DNA from: Patescibacteria group bacterium
GTDB lineage: Bacteria > Patescibacteriota > Microgenomatia > UBA1400 > PJMF01
Reading direction: 5' to 3'
NCBI GenBank assembly: GCA_049322655.1
Contig: JBMORP010000006.1
Coordinates: 576,410 to 640,409, forward strand
Length of the DNA stretch: 64,000 bases
Shown here piece after piece: positions 35,780 to 45,795 of the stretch. Position numbers and translations under genes: made by a program. Each line of letters begins with the position of its first letter. Position 1 is the stretch's first letter. The notes under the pieces were generated by a model. That model ran no database searches, was not told the DNA's origin, and saw only the letters and a list, made by a program, of their open reading frames with translations.

Positions 35780-37006
35780 TTAGCCTCCAAAACCAGGGAT
35801 CTGGAATAGGTTGACACCAATAAATCTTAGCATGGTAATAGAGAAGATGATAAAGACCATGCCGATAATAGCTGAAGTAATCTGCTCTTTAGCATCTTTG
35901 GTTGCTTGTGGGTCTCCTTGAGAAACAGATAATCTAAATGCTCCAGCCAGAATTAGTAAGAAGGTGGCACCCCCTCCAACGCTTAAACCAACGGTAATAA
36001 AGGTTTTGATAATGCTATCAGGTTTAGCTGGAATACAGCCAATCGCAGTCCACACGCCAGCATTGCCATTGAAAGTTTCTCCACCGAAACAAGCTTGGCA
36101 TTTATCCCGGTCTTCAGCTGTAGCCTGTTCACACAGTTCAAAGTTTTTCACCATCACGTTCTCAGAAACATCAGTTCTAATGTCATCACACATTTCGTCT
36201 TCACAGTAGTCAATGGTGTTAAAACTAGTTGAACAGCCAGGAAAAATATATTTGGGACCTTCAGCAGTCTCTACATGAATTTTATAGGTAGTTTGATTGT
36301 CAGCTTCAAAACTAGCAGAGGCTTTACCTCCTGTAGCTTTGGTTTTTTCGTCAGCAGTGCTCCCACCCTTAATGACAAATTTTACTTCACCAGAGAAGGG
36401 TTTGCCTTGTGAATCTTCCAAACCCTCGACTTCTATTTTGGTGGTAGAAGAAGTTGTGTCCATGCAGCCAGATGAATAACAGGTTTGCCCATCCCTACTT
36501 TGTGAAACATACAAAGCACATTTGCCACCAGTGTTGTTGTTGCTAGTTTTATAAGTACCAGCATCACAGATTTTTGAACCATTTTTATAGATAGAAATAT
36601 AATGTTCTGCTTCTTCGCCACTGATTCCCCAGTGAGTTAATGCACCTTCTTCTTTAATTGTCCAAGTAACCTTACCATTTTTTAAGTTAAGAGTATTGCT
36701 ACCATTGGTCAGAGTACCACTTTTGGTAGTTTTAAATTTGGCTGAAGTTGCTTGAGCGTCTCCCCACCAGCCACTAACAACTATTTCGTATTCACCATTT
36801 GGATCATAACCACTACTCATATCGATTTCGATAGTGTGAGAGGTGGTGCCAGCAGGCAAAGTGCCTCTTGCTCCACTCAGTACGCCACTACATGAGCCAA
36901 CAGCTTCCACATTAGTGACACTAATTGCCAAGAAAGATAATCCCAAAAAGATAGTAAGGAAAATTTTTTTAACCAAAACAAAAAATGATTGATAAGTCTT
37001 AATCAT
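35780..37006 (-). CDS. secreted Cys-rich ectodomain fused to a C-terminal TrbC/VirB2-like pilin module (candidate minor pilin/adhesin)
   Basis: Signal peptide, a ~300-aa Cys/Thr/Gly-rich domain, then IGCIPAKPDS...GDPQATKDAKEQITSAIIGMVFIIFSITMLRFIG, which matches the pilin-family core. Confidence 0.5.
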   Translation of the reverse strand: MIKTYQSFFVLVKKIFLTIFLGLSFLAISVTNVEAVGSCSGVLSGARGTLPAGTTSHTIEIDMSSGYDPNGEYEIVVSGWWGDAQATSAKFKTTKSGTLTNGSNTLNLKNGKVTWTIKEEGALTHWGISGEEAEHYISIYKNGSKICDAGTYKTSNNNTGGKCALYVSQSRDGQTCYSSGCMDTTSSTTKIEVEGLEDSQGKPFSGEVKFVIKGGSTADEKTKATGGKASASFEADNQTTYKIHVETAEGPKYIFPGCSTSFNTIDYCEDEMCDDIRTDVSENVMVKNFELCEQATAEDRDKCQACFGGETFNGNAGVWTAIGCIPAKPDSIIKTFITVGLSVGGGATFLLILAGAFRLSVSQGDPQATKDAKEQITSAIIGMVFIIFSITMLRFIGVNLFQIPGFGG

Positions 37007-37109
37007 GTTAAATACTTTAAATCTGGTTTTTATGGAGTTTATTTTATCATGAGCTGAGTTTGTTCAGCTAGTCGTAGCTTCAAACTATTTTCGTCTATAT
37101 AATAAAGAT

Positions 37110-38804
37110 GTGTTTAGAGAAAAAAGACTACGATCTTTTGTGTTTTTGTTTCTATTTTTAGTCGTTGGGGTTTTTGTTTTTAAATCAGAATCAATCCAAG
37201 TTTTTGCTGAAGATCCAGTGTCTACTTTACAAAGACAGATTGATGAGCTCGAACAATTAAAAAAACTTTCAGAAGACGCGACCAAGCCATTAGAAGCAGA
37301 ATTAAATTCTTTAGAGAAAAAAATTGCTAATGCCAGACAAAGTATCATTAATGCTCAGCGACAAGCCAAAGAGTTAGAAAAAACTATTGAAAAAAGAGAG
37401 GAAGATGTTGCTGTTCAGTATGTTATTTTTTCTAACAGAATTGCTCAACAATATAAAAGATCACGAACTTTTTCACCTTTGCTGCTGTTTTTTAACAGTA
37501 GTAATGCCAGTAAGTTGACCAAAAACTTAGCTTACAGTTCTTCTGTTCAGGCTCAAGACAACCGATTAATTAGGTCTTTGACCGAAGAAATAATGAAACT
37601 AGAAACAGATAAAAACAAGCTAGAAACAGATCAAGTTACTCTGGCTTCTTTGGAAAAACAACTTGATAGTCAAGCTAGTTTTTTTAAAGTGGAAATCGAC
37701 AAAGCCAAAGACTACCAGTCTGAGCTAGCTGGTCAAATTGCTACTTTATCTGCTAGACAACAAGAAATTATTAATGCTAGGTCTGGGACTTTTACGGCTT
37801 CGATCGGTAATAGTGAGCTAGCTGATGACTACAATGCCTCAATTAAAGGTTTTAGAGAAGCTGCTCCAACTGGTAGCTTTGCAGTTTTTTCTTTTGGTGC
37901 TTACACTCATCGCAAGGGGATGAGTCAATATGGAGCTAGGGGCAGAGCTCAAGCTGGCCAAAACTTTAAACAAATTCTTCAAGCTTACTATGGTAAGGAA
38001 CCAGTTAATAAAGACACTGGAGGAAATATTAGTGTGGCTGGCTATGGTTCAATCGAGTTCGAAACGACCTACTTATATGGGATCGCCGAGATGCCATCTA
38101 GCTGGAGTTTAGAAGCATTAAAGGCCCAAGCGGTAGCAGCTAGAACTTATGCTTATCGCTATAAACAAGAGGGCAAAGAAATCTGTACGACGGAAGCTTG
38201 CCAGGTTTTTAATAAAGCAAAATCAGATAGTCCACCAAGCGCCTGGAAGCAAGCTGTTGATGAAACCAAAGGTCAAGTTTTGGAAGATGTCGTAACTTAT
38301 TATGCTTCTACTCATGGAGGTTATGCTTCACCGATTGGTTGGGATACTACAGATGGTTCTGGTGGGAGTGATTTTATTGATAAATCTTATGACAAGCTGG
38401 GGGGCTCTCCCTGGTTATATAAAGCTTGGTACACCAAAGGGTATAGTCCTTCATCTGATAAGTGTGGCAGGGCGAATCCTTGGTTAACTGGGGCCGAGCT
38501 TGCTGACATTATTAATGCCGCTAAATACCGTGATGATCGAGTAACACCAATCACCACGGCCTGTTGGGGTGGCAACCCTTATTCTCATGAAGAGCTTAGA
38601 GCTAAAGCAAATGGACCTGCCAATGTAACAGGAGTGACAGTTAAACAAGGTAATGGAAGTACTTCTGAGGTTGTGTTCCAAACAGACAAAGGAACGATTA
38701 CTTTATCTGGCTCAGATTTTAAAACAGCTTTTAATCTGCGTGCTCCTGGTCATTTATCAATCCCTCAGAGCGGTTTTGCTTTTTTCAATATTGAACACAA
38801 ATAA
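37110..38804 (+). CDS. secreted coiled-coil protein with C-terminal SpoIID/LytB-like domain
   Basis: GTG start, signal peptide, ~200-aa coiled coil, then ALKAQAVAARTYAYRY, characteristic of SpoIID/LytB. Confidence 0.6.
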   Translation: MFREKRLRSFVFLFLFLVVGVFVFKSESIQVFAEDPVSTLQRQIDELEQLKKLSEDATKPLEAELNSLEKKIANARQSIINAQRQAKELEKTIEKREEDVAVQYVIFSNRIAQQYKRSRTFSPLLLFFNSSNASKLTKNLAYSSSVQAQDNRLIRSLTEEIMKLETDKNKLETDQVTLASLEKQLDSQASFFKVEIDKAKDYQSELAGQIATLSARQQEIINARSGTFTASIGNSELADDYNASIKGFREAAPTGSFAVFSFGAYTHRKGMSQYGARGRAQAGQNFKQILQAYYGKEPVNKDTGGNISVAGYGSIEFETTYLYGIAEMPSSWSLEALKAQAVAARTYAYRYKQEGKEICTTEACQVFNKAKSDSPPSAWKQAVDETKGQVLEDVVTYYASTHGGYASPIGWDTTDGSGGSDFIDKSYDKLGGSPWLYKAWYTKGYSPSSDKCGRANPWLTGAELADIINAAKYRDDRVTPITTACWGGNPYSHEELRAKANGPANVTGVTVKQGNGSTSEVVFQTDKGTITLSGSDFKTAFNLRAPGHLSIPQSGFAFFNIEHK

Positions 38805-38838
38805 CTAAATTTAGTGAGATAAAGTTGGCAATGGATTT

Positions 38839-39165
38839 TTAGACAAAAGCTCTTTTTAGGCCAAATTTATTGAGAGGATTGTTGGTTGTGACTTGATTAT
38901 TTTTGGTTAAAGATGGTAGTTGAGGGATTTTACTAGGTTCAATGGCAATTTTTTTTGGTTCAGGTAAGGTCTTAAGTTGTTGTTGATCTAGCTTAGGGGC
39001 TTCTTTTTGTGGAGATAGTAGGTGAATATCTTTACTATTATCATAAGGTCTGATGATGGCAATTGGTTTTGAACGATACATTAATAGGAAACTCTCTCCT
39101 TTGTTCAATGCTCGATGAATGGGAGAAAAACTTTGTCTGAACTGTTTCATTGACACAATTTTCAT
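38839..39165 (-). CDS. hypothetical protein
   Basis: 108-aa ORF, no recognizable motif. Confidence 0.3.
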   Translation of the reverse strand: MKIVSMKQFRQSFSPIHRALNKGESFLLMYRSKPIAIIRPYDNSKDIHLLSPQKEAPKLDQQQLKTLPEPKKIAIEPSKIPQLPSLTKNNQVTTNNPLNKFGLKRAFV

Positions 39166-39245
39166 GCTACCTACCAGTGTACTGAAAAAACTAGAGTCTC
39201 GTCAAACCAATCTTTAAAGTTCAAATTAGTCCATTGTTAGTAGTT

Positions 39246-39293
39246 TTGTCAGGTTGAAGTGAGACACTTACCCACGGGGGAAGAGGGGAGGGC
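39246..39293 (+). repeat. copy 2 of the conserved G-rich intergenic motif
   Basis: TTGTCAGGTTGAAGTGAGACACTTACCCACGGGGGAAGAGGGGAGGG. Confidence 0.6.
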
Positions 39294-39306
39294 AAAAAAT
39301 TATTTT

Positions 39307-41253
39307 TTAAACTCCTTGTAAATACTTAGCTGCCCAAGGTCGGTAATTAGAATAGTAGGTTTTTTGTCTGATTATTTCGCCATTTTTATCTTTAACGGTG
39401 TGGGTAAATTGAGCCTTAATGCCGCTAGCAGCCCAATCAATTTGTTTAGTTTGACCGGTGGGCAAGGATGGATCTGGTACATAAACAGGAGGAAGCGGTT
39501 CTCGAAAATCCCAAGATTTATAGTTTGTTATCTCGGTTGTTCTGCCATCGCTAGTGCCATAAAGCTCCACTTTCATATAAAGATTTTGGCTGTCTGCTTC
39601 TGTGTAAATGAGGACATAGTTATTGGTATCGTTAATGAATCTGAGATCGACATTACCATCATAGACAGTGGCATCAAAACCAGGATTATTATCTAGCTCA
39701 TAGTAACTAACGCGGTAACTATGAGGCAGCCTTAAGGTAATATTGAGACCAGCATCCAACAAAGATCTAAAGAGAGTGGTGCTGACTTGACAAACCCCGC
39801 CACCGTCTCCCAAGACAGTTTGACCATCTTTAATTACATAGGCTGGTTTGTAACCGGTTAGAGCCGAGACCTCTCCAAGAGCTTTGTTAAAAGAGAACTC
39901 TTTTCCTGGTGGAACTATTGAGTAATTAATTTTTTGAGCAGTTAAAGCTACATTATGAATTCTACTAGGAATACTGTGGGCATAATAACTATCTCCAAAA
40001 CCAATTCTTTCAGCTATACCGAGATTATTTGTGTCAGCCAAACTAACATCAGGAGGAGAGGCAGTGATTGGAAACTCTTGTGTGATTGAGGTGGTAGTTG
40101 TAGTTTCTGAAGTTTGACTGAGTAAATCAGTAATTGTTTGTTTGATCATAGCGACTGTCTTAGCCTGATCCAGAACAAGCCCTTCTTTATGAGGTTTAAA
40201 TTTTGTGACTTTGAAGGTTTGTTTGTCAAACTCAAACTCAGCATTTTGGGCTGGTCTATCTAATTTTTGTTTCCAAACATCAATTTTTTTTTGGATTTTT
40301 TCATCGATAAAACCGCTAGGAAAAGTCAAAAAAGATACTAGGTCTTGATCAGTGAGTTTTTCTTTTGTTTTGTCATAAGTGAAGATTAGTTCTTGACCAA
40401 CTAATTTTTGAGCTGTTTTCAAAGCAGTGGTGGTTTGAGAACTATCGAGAGTTTTACTTAGCCAGTGAGTAATGGGTTTAAAGGTTAGAGTGGGTTGCTT
40501 TTTTATATTTGTTAAAGAACTGTTTGTTTCTAAAAATTTGTTCAATTCTTTGATTGTTTGTTCAACATCAATGCCTAAAACGTTTTCACCTGGATTTAAA
40601 ACCAATGATTGAGGGTTGTTAGATTGTTCTAGCGTAATTTGAGGAAGGCTTGGCTCCTGGTTAAATTGATTTTTAACTATAGTTATAAATTCAGCTAGTT
40701 TTTGTTGATCATATTTAATTGGCAATGAATGTGATTTTGGTTGATAGGGAGAAAAAAAGAGTTTTCCTAACCAATGAAGTGGTTGTTGCTGCTGGTCTTT
40801 TAAGATTTTGGTTAAAGTAGCTTCGTAATCGTAGTAAGCGGACAGAGTTGTTGAAGCTGTCGCAACTGAAAAGTCTTTTTTTTCAAAGTTATCCAAATCA
40901 AGGTTGTTTGCTATTTGAAATTCTTCAGTATTTAAAGCAATTATTAAATTGTGTTCTAGGGGAATGGGGTATTGTTGGCTAATTTTTTGGAGAGTTTCTT
41001 GTTTGTTTAAACCGCCAATTCTGACTTCCTCGAGGTATGTTTCCGGAAGAAATTTGGAAGAAGAATAGGCAACAAACAAACCCATGGTGGTAATGACTAA
41101 AACAAGAGAAAAAAGACTTATTACTTGAAAATTCTTGGATTGTTTTTTTTCGAATGGATTGAGTTTTTCCTCAAGAATGATCGGTGCTTTCTTTTTACTT
41201 AAAAAGAACCAATTGCCCAACTTGAACTTGATAGGGTGACCAAAACGCTCCAT
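39307..41253 (-). CDS. VanW-domain membrane-anchored protein
   Basis: N-terminal TM; C-terminal GDGGGVCQVSTTLFRSLLDAGLNITLRLPHSYRVSYY matches the VanW domain signature. Confidence 0.65.
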   Translation of the reverse strand: MERFGHPIKFKLGNWFFLSKKKAPIILEEKLNPFEKKQSKNFQVISLFSLVLVITTMGLFVAYSSSKFLPETYLEEVRIGGLNKQETLQKISQQYPIPLEHNLIIALNTEEFQIANNLDLDNFEKKDFSVATASTTLSAYYDYEATLTKILKDQQQQPLHWLGKLFFSPYQPKSHSLPIKYDQQKLAEFITIVKNQFNQEPSLPQITLEQSNNPQSLVLNPGENVLGIDVEQTIKELNKFLETNSSLTNIKKQPTLTFKPITHWLSKTLDSSQTTTALKTAQKLVGQELIFTYDKTKEKLTDQDLVSFLTFPSGFIDEKIQKKIDVWKQKLDRPAQNAEFEFDKQTFKVTKFKPHKEGLVLDQAKTVAMIKQTITDLLSQTSETTTTTSITQEFPITASPPDVSLADTNNLGIAERIGFGDSYYAHSIPSRIHNVALTAQKINYSIVPPGKEFSFNKALGEVSALTGYKPAYVIKDGQTVLGDGGGVCQVSTTLFRSLLDAGLNITLRLPHSYRVSYYELDNNPGFDATVYDGNVDLRFINDTNNYVLIYTEADSQNLYMKVELYGTSDGRTTEITNYKSWDFREPLPPVYVPDPSLPTGQTKQIDWAASGIKAQFTHTVKDKNGEIIRQKTYYSNYRPWAAKYLQGV

Positions 41254-41279
41254 AATAGATAGTTAATTGTAACTGATTT

Positions 41280-43049
41280 ATGAATACACCACTACCTAAA
41301 CCTTCTGAGCCAACCTCAAACCAATCTACTAGTAACAGTGGGGGGAGTGTTGGCTCGCCAACTCCTAATAATAATCAACCTGTTTTTCCTGATCCAGCCA
41401 AGATTGGACGCTCTGTTGCTCCAACTGGAGTGCCTAAAATGGAAGGGGTTAATCCTAATTTAGCTCCCAAGACTGAAGAACCAAGTGAAAAAGTTACTAG
41501 TAATCAACCACCAGCCAAATCAGAAACTGGTGGCCCTATGGTTACACCTCCGCCAAAATTAGGTGTCGATAAGCCAATTCAACCGTCAGCTCCTGTTAAA
41601 CCGTTAGTGGTTCCTCCTGGAGGAATTAAACCACCCACTCAGACTAATCAACCAGTGGTGGGTGCCAATCAACCCAAGATTGCCGTGGCAAAAAGCGATC
41701 CTAAAAAAATGATCTTGATTATTGCTGCTGTTCTGATTGGACTTGGGGTGATTGGATCTCTTTTGGCGAATGTCTTTGGTAGTAGAAAAACTACTTCGGT
41801 TGGTACTGGTAATACCCAGAATAATCAGGTTAATCAAGAAGTTGTGCCACCAGAAAAACAAACGGTTTTGACTTATTGGGGCTTATGGGAGCCAAATGCT
41901 GTTCTTGATGAGGTGATCCAAGAGTACCAAAAACAAAATCCAGCGATCAAGATTGATTACAGAATTCAATCTCATAAAGATTATCGGGAGAGATTACAAA
42001 CAGCGATTGCTTCTGGTAATGGTCCAGATATTTTTCGCTACCATGCTTCTTGGGTGAGAATGTTAAGTTCTGAATTAGCTGTTCTTCCGGCTAGTGTCAT
42101 GAGTGCGGCCGAATTTAAAGAAACTTTTTATCCAACAGCAGCCCAAATGTTACAGATAGAAGGCAAGATCGTTGGTTTACCAATTATGTATGAAGGTCTA
42201 GGTCTTTACTATAATAAGGATATTCTACAGACAGCTGGAGTTCAGCCCCCAACTACTTGGGCAGAACTAAAAAAACTAGCGGCTGAACTAAGTGTCCCTG
42301 CTGATAAAAATGCTCGGAAAAGCGGGGGTATTACCAGAGGTGGTTTGGCTATTGGTAATACAGAAAATGTTGATCATTTTGCAGATATTTTGGCTTTATT
42401 AATTTTGCAAAACGGGGGTACTCCTGGTGAACCAGCTTTTACCGAAGTTAGGGATGCCTTGGTTTTTTATAGCAATTTTGTCACTGAGGATGCTATTTGG
42501 AATAGTTCTTTACCCAGCTCTACAGTGGCTTTTGCTAAGGGTGATGCAGCCATGATGTTTGCTCCTACCTGGCGGGCTCATGAAGTGAAAGATCTTAATC
42601 CTAATTTAAACTTTGGCATTGCTCCAGTACCACAGCTTTCTGATGAGCCAATCGCTTGGGCTAATTATTGGGCAGAAGGAGTTAATGACAAAAGTTCTAA
42701 CAAGGAAGAAGCTTGGAAATTTTTGAAATATATGACTAGTGCAGAGGTAATGAAAAAACTTTATTCTGCTCAAAGTAATATTAGAACTTTTGGGGAACCT
42801 TACTCTAGAGTAGATCTGGCTAGCGAATTGGCTAGTGACCCTTATGTAGCTGGTGTTCTCAAAGATGCACCAGTTGCTGTGGGTTGGTATATGAGTTCTG
42901 CTACCCACGATAACGGTATGAATGACCAAATTATTGAATATTACAAAACAGCAATCAATCAGTTGGTTGCTGGTGAAGACGAAGAAGAAGTTTTATTGAA
43001 TTTGGAAAAGGGAGTTAAACAAGTTCTTCGACAATATGGCATAGAGTAG
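41280..43049 (+). CDS. ABC transporter substrate-binding protein (family 1, sugar-type) with Pro-rich N-terminal linker and TM anchor
   Basis: LTYWGLWEPN...KIDYRIQSHKDYRERLQTAIASGNGPDIFRYHASW is typical of extracellular solute-binding protein family 1; ~140-aa P/T-rich N-terminus and a TM helix. Confidence 0.6.
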   Translation: MNTPLPKPSEPTSNQSTSNSGGSVGSPTPNNNQPVFPDPAKIGRSVAPTGVPKMEGVNPNLAPKTEEPSEKVTSNQPPAKSETGGPMVTPPPKLGVDKPIQPSAPVKPLVVPPGGIKPPTQTNQPVVGANQPKIAVAKSDPKKMILIIAAVLIGLGVIGSLLANVFGSRKTTSVGTGNTQNNQVNQEVVPPEKQTVLTYWGLWEPNAVLDEVIQEYQKQNPAIKIDYRIQSHKDYRERLQTAIASGNGPDIFRYHASWVRMLSSELAVLPASVMSAAEFKETFYPTAAQMLQIEGKIVGLPIMYEGLGLYYNKDILQTAGVQPPTTWAELKKLAAELSVPADKNARKSGGITRGGLAIGNTENVDHFADILALLILQNGGTPGEPAFTEVRDALVFYSNFVTEDAIWNSSLPSSTVAFAKGDAAMMFAPTWRAHEVKDLNPNLNFGIAPVPQLSDEPIAWANYWAEGVNDKSSNKEEAWKFLKYMTSAEVMKKLYSAQSNIRTFGEPYSRVDLASELASDPYVAGVLKDAPVAVGWYMSSATHDNGMNDQIIEYYKTAINQLVAGEDEEEVLLNLEKGVKQVLRQYGIE

Positions 43050-43054
43050 CATAT

Positions 43055-44023
43055 TTAGATTTTTTGAAGAATTGCTTTTAGTTTTTCTGGATCATGTCTT
43101 AGTAAGCTTCGAGAGATAGAGTCGTTATGTTGTTGCTTAACTGTCACTTTCGAAACTAAAGCTGCTCTTTTGATATATGTTTCTTGGGGTAGATCATCGA
43201 CAACAGGATACTCTTTTTCTTTTTCATAGGCTTTTAAGATTTTGGGAGGAATTTTTTCTGAGTTAACAATAATAAAGTCTGGGTATTTACCAAAGTATTG
43301 TTCAATAGTGGCGACATGATCTGTGGCAGAGAGGTTATGAGTTTGAGAAAAATGGGTCATTAAATTGATTATAAAAATAAAAGTACCTTGGGCTTGTTTG
43401 AAAACATCTTTAAAGTCTTCTACTAAAGTATGTGGTAATAAGCTGCCATAAACATCTCCTGGTCCGACAATAATAGTATCTGCTTCTAGAATGGCTTTTT
43501 TGGCTTTGTGATAGAGCCGAGCAGGTTTGCTTAACTCTATTTTGCTAATTTTTTTACCACCTTTGTCGTGATCATCCAAAAAATGTTCGCCGACTAGCTT
43601 TTTACCATCTTCATAAGTAATAACAAGATTGGTTGAATTTTCTGTAATAGGAAAGACTTTGCCTTTGATTCTGAAGATTTTACTGGCGGCTTCAATTGCC
43701 TTACCTGGTTTTTTTTCTAGATCTTCTAAGGCGGTTAAAATTAAGTTGCCTAAATTATGACCTTGTAGTCCATTGCCTTTTGAAAATCTATAAAGTAGCA
43801 GTTCCTTGATGTCTTGTTGAGTTTGGTCATCAGCTAAAGCAGCCAAACATTGTCTGATATCACCAACGGGTAAAAAACCGAACTCATCTCTGAGCCGACC
43901 AGTTGAACCACCAGAATCAGTTACCACAGGGAGAGCAGTTAACTCGATTTGGGGGATATTTTTTAGACTAGTTAAAACAACTGAAGAGCCAGTTCCACCT
44001 CCAATGACAACAACCTTTTTCAT
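43055..44023 (-). CDS. YvcK/CofD-like (UPF0052) gluconeogenesis factor family protein
   Basis: KKVVVIGGGTGSSVVLTSLK ... VVTDSGGSTGRLRDEFGFLPVGDIRQCL are family signatures. Start placed at the MKKVVVIGGGTG ATG (44023); the ORF-track start is 44059. Confidence 0.7.
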   Translation of the reverse strand: MKKVVVIGGGTGSSVVLTSLKNIPQIELTALPVVTDSGGSTGRLRDEFGFLPVGDIRQCLAALADDQTQQDIKELLLYRFSKGNGLQGHNLGNLILTALEDLEKKPGKAIEAASKIFRIKGKVFPITENSTNLVITYEDGKKLVGEHFLDDHDKGGKKISKIELSKPARLYHKAKKAILEADTIIVGPGDVYGSLLPHTLVEDFKDVFKQAQGTFIFIINLMTHFSQTHNLSATDHVATIEQYFGKYPDFIIVNSEKIPPKILKAYEKEKEYPVVDDLPQETYIKRAALVSKVTVKQQHNDSISRSLLRHDPEKLKAILQKI

Positions 44024-44093
44024 GATAACAAGGGTAACCTGATTGTGTTTGTTTGACAAGCTATCTTTTAATTGAGGCTATATAATAACCACT

Positions 44094-45425
44094 ATGGCTT
44101 TTTCTGTGGCAGAAAGAATTACTTTGGCGGTTTTGGCTTACAGTACTAAGTTTGGTTATCCTTTGACAGAAACAGAAATTATTACCAGAGCTTTTAAGCC
44201 TCACGTTTTATTTGCTTTAGAAAATAATAAAGACTCAATAGAGCCAAAACTTTCTCAACAAGCTTTATCCTTGGCATTGAAGTCACTCTTGAAGAAGAAA
44301 AAAGTAGTGAAAAAACAAGGGTTTTATTTGCTAAATGGAGAAAAAATCAAAGCGAGAAAGCCTAACCACCAGATTAAAAAATTTAAAGAAGCAGTAGTTA
44401 ATGAGTTGATTTCTGTGGCTGAAAAAATCCCTTGGGTTTTGGGGGTAGTGATTACTGGTTCATATGCAGCAGGAGTAGTAGAAGAAAAAGATGATTTGGA
44501 TTTTTTAATTATTACTAAGAAAAATCGGTTGTGGTTAACTAGGCTTGTTTTTTTACTGTTAGCTTGGGGAAGAGGTAGAAGGCCTCAACTACCCAAAGGA
44601 GATTTGAGTCACAGTTGGGATTTTAATTTTTGGTTGGATGAGTCAACTTTGAGTTTGCCAGCAGAAAAAACTGGTATTTATGAAGCTTACGAAATTCTTC
44701 AAACTAGATGGGTAGTTAATAAAGACCAAGTTAAAGAACGTTTTTTTAAAGCCAATCAATGGGTTTATAATTATTTTTTGTTTGCAGTTTTTCCAGATTT
44801 AAAGGCCATTAAGCCATCAACCCAGAAAAAAATAGACTGGTTTTGGCCAATCGAATTTTGGTTGTATAAATTTCAAGTTAGTTACCGGCAACTGCGACAC
44901 GGCCAACAAAATGCTTTTTTACACAGTGCTTTTTTTCATTCTAACTCGACTAAAGGAGAGATTTTGGCAGAATGGCAACGGCGATATTTTCAGGCTATTG
45001 GCATAGAAAAAAAAGTTTTAGTTACAGGTGTGTTTGATGTTTTACACCAAGAACACATTAATTTTTTATTAGCGGCTAAAAAATACGGAACTAAATTAGT
45101 CATTGGTCTGGAAAGTGATCACAGGGTTAGGCAACTAAAGGGTAAAAATCGACCCATTTTCAATCAACAACAACGAAAGAAAAACCTTGAGAAACTTGCG
45201 ATAGCTGATAAGGTTTTTATTCTTCCGGAAAAATTTAATACTAAAGCTGATCACTTGCGCTTAATTAAAAAATTAAAACCGGCTGTTTTAGCTGTTTCTT
45301 CTCATACTGCTCATCTCAAAGAAAAACAGGCCATTATGAAAGAAGTAGGGGGAGAGCTAAAAATTGTTTATCAACACAATCCAGCGGTATCTTCAAGTAA
45401 GTTGATTAACAACTCAGCAGGTTAA
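44094..45425 (+). CDS. fusion protein: Pol-beta-type nucleotidyltransferase domain + C-terminal cytidylyltransferase-like (HxGH) domain
   Basis: ITGSYAAGVVEEKDDLDFLII (GS...DxD NTase motif); C-terminal VLVTGVFDVLHQEHINFL resembles the HxGH motif of CTP-transferases. Confidence 0.5.
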   Translation: MAFSVAERITLAVLAYSTKFGYPLTETEIITRAFKPHVLFALENNKDSIEPKLSQQALSLALKSLLKKKKVVKKQGFYLLNGEKIKARKPNHQIKKFKEAVVNELISVAEKIPWVLGVVITGSYAAGVVEEKDDLDFLIITKKNRLWLTRLVFLLLAWGRGRRPQLPKGDLSHSWDFNFWLDESTLSLPAEKTGIYEAYEILQTRWVVNKDQVKERFFKANQWVYNYFLFAVFPDLKAIKPSTQKKIDWFWPIEFWLYKFQVSYRQLRHGQQNAFLHSAFFHSNSTKGEILAEWQRRYFQAIGIEKKVLVTGVFDVLHQEHINFLLAAKKYGTKLVIGLESDHRVRQLKGKNRPIFNQQQRKKNLEKLAIADKVFILPEKFNTKADHLRLIKKLKPAVLAVSSHTAHLKEKQAIMKEVGGELKIVYQHNPAVSSSKLINNSAG

Positions 45426-45488
45426 AGCTTTAAAGTTTACAGCTTTATCTTTATACTTTTAATAACTAGTAAGTATTTAAAGGGAATC

Positions 45489-45785
45489 ATGAAAAAACTA
45501 CTTTTACTCTCTTTTGTTTTATTTTCTGGAGTTATTTTTGCTGGATGTATTCAACAACAACCTAAAACAACTAACACTCCAGCCCAAACAACAGAAAAAG
45601 TAGGAGATACTACCAAAACAGGCACAATTAGTTTTTCTGATGGGCGTTATTTTCTAGCTGAGACAGGTCAAACACCCAAAGAGATTGATAGTTATGCTGT
45701 TGATTTGTCAGCTTATGTTGGTCAAAGAGTTACGGTGACTGGCCAATACAGTGGTGATACTTTGTTTGTTGGCAGCATAGAGTAA
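45489..45785 (+). CDS. small lipoprotein
   Basis: Signal peptide with lipobox FAGC (cleavage between G and C), 98 aa. Confidence 0.5.
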   Translation: MKKLLLLSFVLFSGVIFAGCIQQQPKTTNTPAQTTEKVGDTTKTGTISFSDGRYFLAETGQTPKEIDSYAVDLSAYVGQRVTVTGQYSGDTLFVGSIE

Positions 45786-45795
45786 GATATCACTA

